The translations under genes and the position numbers were made by a program. A stretch of DNA of 63,391 bases, filler included, from Octopus bimaculoides (lineage: Eukaryota): assembly GCF_001194135.2 (NCBI RefSeq). It is 6 parts of 6 records of this genome, joined end to end, with 100 filler letters (N's around TTAATTAATTAA, not from the genome) between each part and the next. Parts side by side here need not be neighbours in the genome. Positions count along the whole stretch, not along the records: positions 1 to 23,306 come from NC_068989.1; 5 more parts are not named here. One strand, 5' to 3'. The notes under the pieces are model-generated. The model saw only the letters and a program-made list of their open reading frames with translations. It was not told where the DNA came from and made no database searches. Shown here piece by piece: positions 1-13,754 of the stretch. Within the stretch, counting starts at the first letter, position 1. The number at the start of each line of letters is the position of its first letter.

Positions 1-1356
1 TTAATGTATATCGGCTGAATGGACGTCAGTGATTGGTTGAAATTACAGAAATACGACAACTTTAACATGGAATAATTTATGGATTTCTTTTTTTTTTAAA
101 AAGACTAAGAGAAAAAGATGTTTTATATGACACATTCTACCAGTGTTCCAATTTTCAAAGTGTTTCGGTAATGAAAAATGTGGCCCCCGTTTTAAAAAAG
201 ATCCAGTACCAGTTACGCACTGGGGTCGATATAATCAACTTAATCCGTTTGTCTGTCTTTGTTTGTCCCCTCTGTGTGTAGCCCCTTGTGGGTAGTAAAG
301 AAATAACACACACACACTCACGATAACTGCTTCCCTTGCCCATCTCTATCAACCTTTCCCTTCAGCTAACTTTTTAACCAAGTAATAAGTATTCCTTCGC
401 CATCCCCCACTTTCCTTTCCATCTTCGCCTCTACCTTCAGCTGACCACATGACGCATTTAGCCTAAGTGTATTAACATTAATCACTTTTATCTACTTCTT
501 CCTCTCTTCTTTTTTCACTCCCCCCTCTCTCTTTTCCTCACTCCACCTCCATCTCTTTAACTAACTAATGTATAACGGGCGAACGAACAAGCACATTATT
601 TTATAGATAATGCATATCCAACCATTTTACTCTGTATTCTCTAGACGCAAACACTACTGAACGTGATAAAGGAATAGGTCGGAAAAAAATTAATTGTAAA
701 ACCCTAAAACTTCATAATCTAATGTCTCTTCTGTTTATTAGATTGTAGGATGTAGTTTGATGTAGCTTACATTATGATTTCCAGTAAGTCAAGTGACTGA
801 GTAGATACTCTCTCTTTGACTCGAGTTGAAAATGTGATTTCTGACAGAATTGGTTGCTATTTCTTCCAGGTAGTATGATTGATTAGAGTTTAATTTTAAT
901 TAATCGCACTACCTCCCTGACTGTCTCAAAACGATGCAACTTGCTTCTCGTGGTAATTAGATATATGTATATGAAAACGTTTCTCTGTTCAATATAGACC
1001 TTATTTTCAAAATAGTCGTTTTCTTGTTCNNNNNNNNNNNNNNNNNNNNNNNNNNNNNNNNNNNNNNNNNNNNNNNNNNNNNNNNNNNNNNNNNNNNNNN
1101 NNNNNNNNNNNNNNNNNNNNNNNNNNNNNNNNNNNNNNNNNNNNNNNNNNNNNNNNNNNNNNNNNNNNNNNNNNNNNNNNNNNNNNNNNNNNNNNNNNNN
1201 NNNNNNNNNNNNNNNNNNNNNNNNNNNNNNNNNNNNNNNNNNNNNNNNNNNNNNNNNNNNNNNNNNNNNNNNNNNNNNNNNNNNNNNNNNNNNNNNNNNN
1301 NNNNNNNNNNNNNNNNNNNNNNNNNNNNNNNNNNNNNNNNNNNNNNNNNNNNNNNN

Positions 1357-1641
1357 AAACACCTAAAGCTCCACGAGGCTCCGGCAGGGGATGGTAGCGA
1401 ACCCTGCTGTACTCTTTCACCACAACTTTTTCTCACTCTTACTTCCTGTTTCTGTTGTACCTGTATTTCAAAGGGCCAGCCTTGTCACACTGTATCACGC
1501 TGAATCTCCTCGAGAACTACGTTAAGGGTACACGTGTCTGTGGAGTGCTCGGCCACTTGCACGTTAATTTCACGAGCAGGCTGTTCCGTTGATCAGATCA
1601 ACTGGAACCCTCGATGTCGTAAGCGACGGAGTGCCAACAAC
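1357..1641 (+). mobile_element. SINE family B copy (head lost in gap)
   Basis: Near-identical to 12770-13039. Confidence 0.85.
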
Positions 1642-2099
1642 ATGAGCAGTCTTAATACTTAACGCATCTCTGCAAATCCTGTAACTGTAATCATTGTTGT
1701 GTTGTTAATTTGACGGAAGCCTCTATATAAGTACTTATCCTCAAATCACATGAGAACGTTATTATATGGAATTAGCCTATTTCATAGTTTTCACTTAACT
1801 TTCTTTGACATTTTCACTTCGTCTTTGCGTTAGAAAATCCCCACCAAAATATCATTAGAGATGATAGTTGTTGTTATTACTGCTACTGTTGTTGTCGTTG
1901 TTGTTGTTGTTGCTGCTGCTGCTTTTGTTGTTGTTGTTGTTGTTCTAACGGCAGACTGACAGATTGGGTAGAGGACTGGAAAAACAGGCCAAGTGGAATT
2001 CATTTTCATCCCTAGCAATCAACTTAGAGTTTACTTCTTTAGTTTTTGTTCCTACGGTAGAAATCATCACCATCTTGGTACACCTACACAAGTGTGCTC

Positions 2100-3300
2100 C
2101 CCTGCTGATTTTGTTTCCTTTAAACTTTTAGAAAAAGGACTATTTCTAATGAAATTTTTTTACAAATACCTTTCAGATTACGTAGATTCCGATAATATTA
2201 TATCAGAATCTGTTGCGAAAATTTGGATCCTTCTGATTTGGCGGACACCACTTTTTATTTAGTTTTTATTTAGCGTGTTTTCTACCGAAACACTTTAAAA
2301 CTTCGTATACTTGTATATTTTGTCTTATAGAACAGAGGAAAATTTTTATATTCGAAGTTATTTCATGTTAAAAATTGTCGTATTTCGGTAATTTCAACCA
2401 ATCACTGACGTCTATTCAGCTGAATGCAGTTACTGCTGTTCTTTGTCAACAATAATTTGTGGCGGTGTATATATCGTTAGTCCCTGGTAATCTTTTTGAA
2501 TTAAGCACCAGTTATGCACTGGGATCAATATAATTGACTTACTCCTTCCCTCAAAAACCAGGCCTTGTGCCTATAATAGAAAGGTTCATTAGTTACTGCC
2601 AATATGCTTGAATTACACTATTCTATTTGTTTCAGTTGATTGGATAATAGCTAATAAGGGAATCAAGCCAACAAAATAGCTGAAAGAAAGGACTTCCAAA
2701 TAGTTGCTTCATTTCCTAGGAATAGCAGCCAAATCTTCCTCAAATCAAACTCTACCATCATTTAGAAAATGTGCTACTGAGTACACAGTACATAGAAAAT
2801 TACCGAAAAATTGTTTAACAGATTTTCACCAAATTTGGCAAAAATACTCATAACCCTAACCCTAAAACCCTAACCCTAACCCTAAAACCCTAACCCTAAC
2901 TCTAAAACCGGAATACTAACCCTAAAATCCTAAAGCTAAAACCAGTACAAACGCACGAACGATGTCATAAATAACAGTACCGCCGATAGTTGTTGTTGAC
3001 AAACAACGGCAGTAATTTTATTCAAGGGAAAAGATCCCATTACACCGCCAGAACGTGTTGTTGACAAACCACAGCAGTAATTGTTTTCACCTCAATAGAC
3101 GTCAGTGATTGGTTGAAATTACCGAAATACGACAACTTTTAACATGAAATAACTTGGAATATAGAAACTTTTCTTAACAAGGCTAAGAGAAAAAGATGTT
3201 TTATATGACACATTCTACCAGTATCCCAAGTTTAAAAGTGTTTTGTTAGAAAACAAATGGTGTCCGCCAAATCAGAAAGATCCGAATTTTTTTTTTTCCA
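2100..3300. repeat. Two oppositely oriented copies of a dispersed repeat (2230-2420 minus, 3090-3300 plus; a third at 1-200)
   Basis: Shared sequence gacgtcagtgattggttgaaattac..gaaatacgacaac..gactaagagaaaaagatgttttatatgacacattctaccagt. Confidence 0.7.
2851..2945. repeat. Interstitial telomere-like array of TAACCC and TAAAACCC units
   Basis: Higher-order 20-bp unit TAACCCTAACCCTAAAACCC occurs about three times and then decays. Confidence 0.85.
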
Positions 3301-5429
3301 GAAGTGGAGGAGGGAGAGTATTAGATAATTTACATACCTCAGCCTTGCTTCCTCATAATTTTTGGGAAAATGGATATTTTTTCACGAAATCTTCTACAAT
3401 TACTTTTCAAATGGTGTAGGTTAGAATTATATCGCTGCAGATTACAATTATACACACGACAGATATTTCTTCGAAATGAAACTTGAAATTTTGAAAAAAA
3501 TGTGATGTACGTCATTATGTATGTGTACGCACCCATCAATGTTTTTCTTTTTCTTTTCTTTTTTTTTTTGTTTGTTCCTTTTTCACACCAAGTTCCGATA
3601 TAGTCGTAAATATATTTGTAGAAAATATCGATTTTTCTGAAAGTTATGAGGAAACAAATTTAGGAGGAGGTGCACTTGTCCAGGTATACTACTAATTGTA
3701 TCATTTACTAGCTTAAAAGCCGCACTCCATGCGGACTTTTCAGCTAGCTCCTGCGGAGGGCTAATTGAGAATGCGGCCCAAAACTAAAGAGGGCTAAATA
3801 GCATGACTATAATACGTCTGTAATGACTATATGCCCCGTTGGTGTTTGGTCAGAAGTTAAGGACGGATGAGAATTAATTCTGTAATGCAATTACCCTACT
3901 GTTCCAGTCCCATGTTGAATTCCAACAGTTGGCCAATTTGTCCACTTATCTCTACGTAAAATTAACGAAGCGAATGTCATTTATCTCCCTCTTGATCTCT
4001 GACGTCATCTGACAAACATCAACTAAGACGACATGAATCAGCCAAGCTTTACATGCTAGAAATAGCAACCTAGATGCTTTTAAATCAGATCCCAATACTG
4101 GATGTTCAAGAACAAATGAAGGGCAGATTTTCAATTTTGGTATCAGCCTGATTTCAAAATGATATAATACGTCTATGTAGAAAACTGAGATGCAGGGGTC
4201 CCAGACAGACAGAATTTCGCGTTTATTATTCTAGATGTATCATATTTTCTGCAGTTTGATGCGAGCTCCGCTGCACCGTGTTATTCAAGTAAACTGCTCA
4301 ACCAGATGCACTCACATGTCTCCGAGATAAATGCAGCACTGGGGTTTGGGGTTGTAGAACTATGTTTATATACTTCATATTTGCTGTGTTGTGGAATTTG
4401 ACTTGTTATATCTAGTGCTATTTTAGAGATCCATCTATTTATTGTTAATATATACTTAGTGAGTTTTGATATTATGCTTGGTCATGTTTATGTTTCATAC
4501 ATGCTTTTTAATAATTTTTGTGTTTTAACTTCGGTCGGTGATTGTATAGTGAACGCATTTCTAAGAGTTGCGTAATATTATTGGATGGCGTTGTCTAGAA
4601 TATGAGATGTGTTAACTGCTGATTAGACTGACATGGAACTATACAAGACTAAGTAAATGGCAAAACAATTTGTCTAAAATATATCAGTAATTAAAAATGT
4701 TCCGTAACGATAAAAGATAAGTATATACTGTTGTAGTTATGTGGGTCAGTTAGAATGTTCAGTATAGATAAAATAGCTAGGACTAAATTAATGAGATATG
4801 AACATTTAAGAAATATGTAAACTGAACGTCGTATAATTATTAGAATAGACGTGGCTTCCTAACCACATGGTTCTGGGTTCAGTATCACAGCGTGGGACCT
4901 TGAGCAAGTGCCTTCTACTATATCTTCGAGTTGACCAAAGGCTTGTGATTGGATTTGGTAGACGGAAACTAAAAGAATGTGTCGTATGTGTGTGTGTTTC
5001 TCCCCGTTACCGCTTGACAACCGATGTTGGTTTGGTTACGCCTCAGTAACTTAGCGGTTTGGAAAAAGGGACCGATGGAACAAGTACTCAGCTTTAACAA
5101 AAATAATTACTGGAATCAAATCGTCGACTAAAATTCTTCAAGGCGGTGACTGAAACAAGTAATAGATAAACTAAAGCACTTTCAGATTTATGACGATAAT
5201 AATAATAATAATCCTTTCTATTATAGGCACAAGGCCTGAAATTTGAGGGAGGGGGGCAAGTCGATTACATCGACCCCACTGTTGAAGACAAAAAGAACTA
5301 AATACAACATTTGAGGAGCCACAAGCCACCTTAGAGCCTTCTACCCAAAAAGACGGGAGGTACGAGGGAACTCTCAGCACCCAAACAAAACCCTCAATAA
5401 CAGCAACAACTAAGACATGTGCCGCACAT

Positions 5430-6560
5430 GTAACCTCATCTTCAGGTGAAGCTCAAGCCACACCAGCATACTCGCAGCCCCACCTCGCTCCATAAAGAAA
5501 ACACACGCTGACACGCGCGCGCGCACACATAACAGTCAACCACAGAAACTCCCAATTTCGTATTGGTGAGGAGAGCAAATAAAAATGTTATGGCTTTCAT
5601 AGCTGCAAATAAAGAAATTGAGAAAGTGGGTGCAATATACGACACTAGCACCCTGAGGGTTCCAGAAGGTATAATACTGGTACGGATACTGTTAAAGACT
5701 TATACAAATATTAGAGAGGCTTTCCCCAACGACGTGGGAAACCCTAGTGCCAAGGCCACTAAAATATATTTGCAGAGTTTTCGAGAGGAACCACAACCAG
5801 ATCACCAATATTTGGAGACTGTTCTCGCGGCAGTGGGTTTCGGTCCCGTTTTCTTTTCAGAGATTGGATCGCTGAGTGGAGGACTGGGCATGCCGTGACT
5901 AATAATGCGCAGTTAACTGGTCTTTCCGGAGGACTGTTGGGCCAAGACCTATGGATAACTTCTAGAAATCCCTACCGTCTTGCATGCACTCGTCCACTGT
6001 CCGGATATTACTGACATGTGGGGTCCGTTGAACAGCTGTTGTCACGTGTAGGACGGAATTGGTTATCAGCCAAGTCCATCGTGAAGATTGCCTTGCCGCT
6101 TTCTTTTGACCGGGAAGGAAAGACAGTTTCCAACTGTCTTGTGGCTATAGCGAAGGAGGTAGTATAGTGGACGAGACTGAAAGGACTGAAGACAGATGCC
6201 TTTCTCTTCGACCAAGCCCTCATCGACTTTTTCAAATTCCACTTGAGAAGAAAAGTGAGGGTGGAGAAAGAAATTCTGTTCTTAGTATTTTCGTTGAGTG
6301 AATGTGATGAGAACGTGATGAGAATGGCCTATGTGAATGGCCCTACTCTGAACATTCGCTTGTAAACCGAGGAGCTGAGAAGAAGAGAGGCGCCTGCTGA
6401 GGTGCACCTGATGGTTGGGGTAACTAGGATGTGTGGGATTCCTCAGTTGTTCTTGTGAGGAATTCCCCTTTATTGTTTAATTGTATTGTTAATTATTATT
6501 GTTATTTATTGCATACTCGGCATTGTGATAAACCCCACTTGTTCTTTCTGTTGTATTATT
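5430..6560 (+). mobile_element. L1/Tx1-type LINE, internally deleted ORF2 and 3' end
   Basis: Translations DHQYLETVLAAVGFGPVF and GGLGMP, then FFKFHLRRKVRVEKE and an AT-rich tail. Confidence 0.65.
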
Positions 6561-7109
6561 CCTTAATATGCATTGGAAAGTGATTGCTTTTTTAACCTAG
6601 GCTGACATGTAAATTGAGATATTGAACTGAAAGTATCTGGGGGAAAACGTATGGTATACCTAGCTGGAGTATTATCACACACAATTCAACCACTTTTAAT
6701 ACCTTTTTACATATTCTCTTCTTTTTATTTCGAGTTTCTTTCACTTTGGTATGTTTTCACTTTCCTTTCGGACAATACTGGCAACATTTTTGTCGGAACC
6801 CGACAACTTTATCCGACACATCGTATTTTCTTTTTCTGTCCTTTATTGTGAGATCTCAGACTAAACAGATACTACTCACAGTACCAAAGCCTCATATCGG
6901 ATTTGCTGTATTTTTATACCACTTATTCCAGTTTCCTTGCGAAAGTGTTTCTATTTTTACTTAATAAATATCTCTCCCTGTTTAGTTGAATCCTAGAGAA
7001 TACTAAAGACTTTTATCACTCTTATTTACGTCGTTAGACGGCGGTTTTGAAGAGTTTAGTCGAAGAAATCGACTGCAGCTTCCTTTTTTAAAGTCTTGTA
7101 CGCATTCTA

Positions 7110-7147
<38 letters not shown>

Positions 7148-9339
7148 ACGATGGGCTTTCACATAGTTTCCGCCTTTCTTAGAGGGCATTGTTTGACGCG
7201 ACATTATAGTAAAAAAATACTTTTTTCGTATACTTTTTTTTTTTCTTTTTTCGTATAAATTAGCCACTGGAAGAAGAACCGTGTCCATGACCTTTACAGG
7301 TCGCTCGTAGACTGGCGAGGTTAAAAAGCCGTTTATGTTGGATTTACATATGGGTCTCTTACAACTAGAAAGGGTACTGATTATGTTGATTACACATTAA
7401 ACATTTGACGCTAACCTTGGGCTTTATCATTTTATATTTGGTGAAGGTGAGAAGCCGTCAGAATTGTTAGAGCATCAAGAAAGAAAAATGCCTTACGGAA
7501 TTTTTTCCATCCCACTACCTTCTGGGTCCAAATGCCGCCTAGATCAACTCTACCTTTCATTCTTTCGTGATCGATAAAGGAAGGTCCCAGTTAAGATTAC
7601 CGGGATTGATGTATTCAATTGAGCCCCGCTTCCCTCAAAATTGCCGTTCTTGTTCCTGTAATTAGAACCATTATTTTATTTTTGGTAACAATCAAGCTAT
7701 CTTAGGAAGCTTTATTTTATTTTGGAGGTTTGTTTGATATGATCTCGTGTAACAAAAATCAATTCTATTTCTGCTTTTAATCTAAAATCTACTAGTTCAA
7801 TTCTACCTCTGCTGAATTTTGCTGCATCCGTCCCTCTAAGCGATGATTTGCATTGATTCGTTAAGGCGTAAGACAAAATATCTTGCGGTGTTCATTCCAG
7901 TTGTAAACTCTGAGTTCCAATAGCACCAAGGTCAACTTTGCCTGTCATCTTTTTGGGATTGATAAAATAAAGTCTCAGTTTGAGGCGGTTGATTGGCGGA
8001 TTATTTTGAGAATCGAACAGGATAATTTGCAATATTTGTTCCGTTGCCCAGTTAAACATTACTACTAGCTCCATTGGTTCCCTTTGTGGGATTTACTCTG
8101 TTGCAGGTATATGGGCTAAGTTTCCGTTTTAATGGTAACTTCTTCTCTCTCTCACTAGTCTCAAATGTACTGCAAAATTAAAAGGCTTGGGTACTACTCC
8201 TCATTCCCATTAAACGGTGAAGAATTCTTCCCGTTTGTAGTAATTTTTCTCGTTGTGTTTGTATTAAAACTTAATGTTTATTTTCTAGATTGTATTTTAT
8301 TGTTTCCTTATATTTATATTATATTTGCTTTTCATTTTCCCTTATTTTCCCAATTAGCCTACAGTTTACTATTTAAAGAATCAGAAATTGATTGCATATA
8401 TAGAAGCCCCAACCATCTAAATCATATATATTACCAGTTTTCTCAGTTTCTCAGATTGTCGAATTTTATATTTTAATATAATAAATTGGGAGTTAAGTAA
8501 ATCGAAAAGCTGAGACAGATAAATCAGAAGACTGCACTACACGTCTACCACACTAAAGCTGAAAACGATTCTTTAAAATGTTCAATTTCTAACCCTTCTG
8601 TGAAATACTTTTACATATTTTTCCCTCGGTTATGTGTTGTTTCTTATCAATTCTATCTACACCTATATACTTGTAATGAAAGATTCTCTTCTACTTCTCT
8701 GATTTCAGTGTCTAAATATAACTTAATATTTTGAGATTTAATTAATGTCTCTCTTCCTAGAGACACATTAGAGTAGTTTCGGCATACTTATGTAATCTAA
8801 TACACGTTTTGATAGTACTGCTGAATTCATATGCAGCTTTATCAGCTTCTCCAGCTGGATGTTGTCTGCTACATATAGTTCTCAGTTAAGCATATAGTGG
8901 ATGTGCTTTACAGTTTTAACCATTGCTCTTGTAACCATTCGTCGTTTGGCTGAGCATGTTTCCGAGTAAAATTTGTGTAAGACAGAATAATGAAAATCAT
9001 AATGAAGTCCTACGATACATTCCTTTCCGGGGATAAGATTAGTTATTATTTGCTGTTATAATGATGTTTCACTTCCACATAATACGCTACTACACTTTTT
9101 TAAAGTTACTCCCTTTTTTATTTTTATTTTTTTATACCAGGCCAGCATGTTCGGGAGAGAAGATAGGTCGATTACTGGTACTTATTTTATCAACCCAGTG
9201 AAATGACATTATTTGTATGTATGTATGTATGTATGTATGTATGTATGTGCAGATTTGTATGTTTTATGTATGTATTCTCATGCATATAGTTGCATATCTA
9301 GACATGCTTCTGGAAAGTTTTACAGATTTTTATAGTTCC

Positions 9340-11060
9340 AGTGAGGGATTGGATCTATAGTCTTCGAATTAGTTTTCTCCTTCCTGGTGTCGAGAAGCCT
9401 AATTTCTCAAGATTGGTATTTATGCAGTGTGTTACATATCCCAGTGCCCTAATGATTAGAGGTATAAACCTGAACATGTAATCTGGATAGAGTAACTGCA
9501 TATTTCTCAATAGTTCAGCATAGGCGTTCTCTTTTTCATTGATCTTCAGCTTTATGTTAACATCTGCTGGGCAGCAAATTTCCACAACTGTGCACAGTTT
9601 CACTTCTCTATCCCAAATCATTATATCAGGCCTGTTGTGCTTACATCTTATTAAGGTTTCCAGTATTCCTTTTTATTATGAGTGGCTATGGCTTCTACCA
9701 TATTGTGGGTTCTTATTTCTTTGTCCTCGGGATTGTCCTTCCTATGGATTTCATTATAGAGTGTTCTGGCTACAACATCATGTCTCATCGGTAGATAATA
9801 TCATAATGAGAATTTCGGACAACTGCTTATGATGTGGGTGATATCTTCAGTGTGAACTCCACAAAGTCTGCATCGGTTGTCACATTTTACCGCTTTTCCT
9901 GTATCTCTATCCCTTTTGTGTATCAGGTACTTGGTTGATATTTCCTCTTCCTGGATTGCAAACGCATTCCCTTCAAAGTGGAAGGTAGTAATCCGGCTAT
10001 TGGTGCATGATAAACTGCTTTGATGATCAGTGTTACTATTATCATGGAGCTTTCTACTAACAAATCCATGCATAGTCTTCTGCTCATATAGGCTCATCCT
10101 TTCATCTGATGATACGCTGCGGTAGAGTTGTGCAACTTCTTTTGGCATGTATTCTAGGTTATCAGACACAGACTGTTGCTCAAGGAGCTGCCTTCCAAGT
10201 CTAATGATGTTATCAGCCTCATGTATGCAAACTTGGTCAAGGGATGCACTTCGACACTTGTTGGTTAAAAGATGCTTCCTAAGGGATATGATGCGACATT
10301 CAAAGGAATTTCAGGTCGATGTTAAGCCTCTGCCGCCATGTTTTCGTTTTAGAAAGCGGTGGTCTACGTCACTGATTATGTGGAAATTATGTGTGCTTGT
10401 TAGTATTTTTCAGGTTTTCACATCATAGGCTCGGATTTCATCAAGTGTTCAATCAAGCAGCCCAAATGTTGGTATGAGTACACACTGCAAACACATTGTG
10501 GGTCACTGTTTTATTGAATGCGGAGAGTTCTGAAGTCTATATTTCTTTATTCGACTGGACTATTCCTTAGTGACACGTGTTTTGTTACAGGTGCCATTGT
10601 AAGATATATTTTCATCCAACCCTAGATACCTGTAACATTCCCCGTCAGATACAGGGGAAGCAGTCAAATCATTGATGGAGATGTTACTAGTCTGGTTTAT
10701 AGTTTTCCCCCTTTTCACAACCATATAACAACATTTATCCTGACCAAACTCCAACTCTACGTGCTTTGAGAATGTTGTAACTAGGTCAAGGCTCTTTTTC
10801 ATCTCATGCATATTCTTTGCATGAAGTTTTAAGTCATCCAAAAAGAAACAGTGTATAATTTTGGTATTTTTGTTTCTTTGTGAACCAATGAAATATCCTT
10901 CAGACTTCCTTAACATGAATGACAAGAGGTTTACAGAAAGTATTAACAACATCACAGGGAGGCTGTCTCCTTGGAATATGCTTTTGCGATACNNNNNNNN
11001 NNCAACATCACAGGGAGGCTGTCTCCTTGGAATATGCTTTTGCGATACTGTATTCTATCG
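9340..11060 (-). mobile_element. R4/NeSL-group (RLE) LINE 3' fragment
   Basis: Translations IIHCFFLDDLKL (RT), YRYLGLDE, CRLCGVHTEDITHIISSC (CCHC) and IWDREVKLCTVVEISCP..KENAYAEL..FIPLII (RLE). Confidence 0.8.
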
Positions 11061-11183
11061 GTGATAATACATTCACTCTTTGTGTTTAATTTCAAGATGG
11101 TGGTCCATGATGAAGTCAGGTTAGCTATGGAACTTTAGCAAGTTGAGCATGTATGTACGTACGTATACGTGCATGTATATATG

Positions 11184-11217
<34 letters not shown>

Positions 11218-12672
11218 TGTATGTATATATGTGCGTGTATATGTAGAAAGGATACTAGACACATATATCTAATATCTACATATATACAGAAATAAACAGA
11301 TAGATAGATACATAGATAGATAGATACAGACAGACAGACAGACAGATAGATAGATACAAATATATTTATGAAGAGCACATAAGATACAGAATACTAAAAA
11401 GATAAAAACAATTTCTTAACTCGATAGTTGTTTCAGGAAGCTCGTAATATCTATAATGTGCAGTTGGAATATGCAAAAAGTCTTGAGTATGCAACCAGTA
11501 AATAGTCACACGGAGATATTGCAATAAATCCGGCTCTCTTCATCAAGAGAAGGTTGGCAAAAGCACTTCATATAGTAGTGGTTTTTCCTCCACTTCCTTC
11601 TGAGCAACGTTTTTCTCAGAATAGAGCGAGATAGTTATCAGAGTGTACAATTTTCATCACAGTCCTTGGTTATTATATATGAACGATTGCATTCACCTCT
11701 TTATCAGGCGGTGCTCCAGCATGGCCGCAGTCAAATGACTGAAACAAGTAAAAGATAAAGATATGCTGTGACTAATGATATAAAGGCCATGCACTGTGAC
11801 AGCAGCATCTAAAAAATTTTCTGGACGGTAAATGAGCAGTTTTTTGGTATAGATGAGGATCCATATTCGAATGTATGTGTGTCTTGTTATTTTTCACAGC
11901 TCATGTCCATGATGTAGCAGTAGTCCTGGATGATATATAGCCCTAGAATGCTCGATCAAGGAAACGTTCATCCTTAGAACTATGGACAACTTACAGAAAT
12001 CTCTGGCCATCTGTAGCGAGGAGTGGAGAGGCGGGCCATTGTCGGTTTATTTGAACTTAACTTTTCTTCTTTCATGACTTAACTAATTAAGTACCGTTAA
12101 TATACTGATATTGCCTCTGTATTCCATATTACACACTTTGAGTTACTGTACTAATGGCAGAAATCAATATCCAAAATGTCATTTGCAAAGAAGGAAAGAA
12201 AAGAAACAACTTTGACACAAGGGGACACATCTCTGAGGCGTATAACCAGTTTGGCTACATTTATATCAATTCAAAATAATTGCAGTTCAATTTTCAGTAA
12301 AGCAAAATGATAGAAATAGCAGAGCACCAGAATAAATATTTTGCAATATTTGATTATGACCCATAGCGTTCTAAATTTCAAATCTAACAAGTTGATGATT
12401 CCTTTCATCTCTACATGGACTATTATACCAGCAATATACTGGGACCAACTCAATCAAACATACCCAAACCCTTGGACTGATACTGGTCTTTATTTTCTAA
12501 ATGCTGAATGGATGAAAACCTAGATTGACCCACTAAAAGTTTGGTACTCAAGTTCCGTATCCATAAGAGTTTTCTGCCATCGACACAAATTTTCCACGAT
12601 ATCTACTTTCATTGACTAACTCCAGCTAGGCTAACGTAATTTTCATCTTTCATTATTTTCTATTCAACGACA

Positions 12673-13039
12673 GTGGAAGTGCAATGGCCCAGTGGTTAGG
12701 GCAGCGGACTCGCGGTCATAGGATCGCGGTTTCGATTCCCAAACCGGGCGTTGTGAGTGTTTATTGAGCGAAAATACCTAAAGCTCCACGAGGCTCCGGC
12801 AGGGGATGGTGGTGAACCCTGCTGTACTCTTTCACCACAACTTTCTCTTACTTCCTGTTTCTGTTGTGCCTGTAATTCAAAGGGTCAGCTGTGTCACGCT
12901 GAATATCCCCGAGAACTACGTTAAGGGTACACGTGTCTGTGGAGTGCTCAGCCACTTGCACGTTAATTTAACGAGCAGGCTGCTCCGTTGATCTGATCAA
13001 CTGGAACCCTCGACGTCGTAAGCGACGGAGTGCCAGCAC
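12673..13039 (+). mobile_element. tRNA-derived SINE, family B, complete copy
   Basis: A-box TGGCCCAGTGG, B-box-like GTTTCGATTCC and 11-bp TSD attcaacgaca (12662-12672, 13040-13050). Other copies are at 1357-1641, 20571-20848, 23030-23306 (minus) and 25775-26043. Confidence 0.9.
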
Positions 13040-13681
13040 ATTCAACGACAAGATCTCGAAACACTAAATTTTACCCTCTTCACAACAACAGAGCTATCAC
13101 TTTTCTGCGAATTCTCAATTGCACATATAGATTTGAAAAGAGAAAGAGAGAGAGAGTGTGTGTGTGTGTGTGTGTGTGTGGCTGCAAACATGTACAAACA
13201 AGTTGAGATTCAATGGAAGTAGGATGATCCACGTCTGCCTCTGATATTTCATGTTGCACTCATTCTAATTAATATAACACATCACTTACTCATCGATGCA
13301 TTTCTTTTCAATCTCAAAATTTATTCCTTGCTTAAAATCAATTACAGTTTATGGTTGTCGCCACATTTTGAAGTAAAAAAATAGAGCAAAAATTTCTAAA
13401 TTCAATTCTCTGTAATAGGACCACACCACGGGTTCGAACTACTCTGAATGTGTTTCCTTGAAATATCCAAAGAACATCTATTGTAACTCATCTCGACGGA
13501 GAGAACAATTTGAAATACAACCCAGAAACTTTTATCTACACCCGGAAAGAACATGTATACCAAATTTGAAAGCCATGTTCCTGATTGAAATCGTCATTGA
13601 TATTATCCCAAACTTAATGTAAACTAAAATTACTTGTTAATATTTTTTTTCTAATGTATTTCTTCTCTTATCTGCTTGTAG

Positions 13682-13754
13682 GTGACTTCATCGACAAATC
13701 AAATATGATATTTTCATGTAAAATATTGTGCTTGAGTCTTTTTCGGAGACGAAG
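13682..13754 (+). other. Candidate isolated 73-nt exon of an unidentified plus-strand transcript
   Basis: Long pyrimidine tract ending tctgcttgtag| and a perfect donor AAG|GTAAGT. One open frame: DFIDKSNMIFSCKILCLSLFRRR. Confidence 0.35.

Noticed and set aside
3660-3783. Minus-strand FWAAFSISPPQELAEKSAWSAAFKLVNDTI, resembling a globin H helix after a possible acceptor
   Set aside because: It has only 18 residues before the Trp (versus 25 in the real exon 3), no G-helix pattern, and the true exon 3 is at 24646-24780.
12676-12750. tRNA-like sequences (also ~25775, ~29803, ~16785-16853, ~22625)
   Set aside because: They are SINE heads with degenerate cloverleaves that continue into repeat bodies, so they are not called as tRNA genes.
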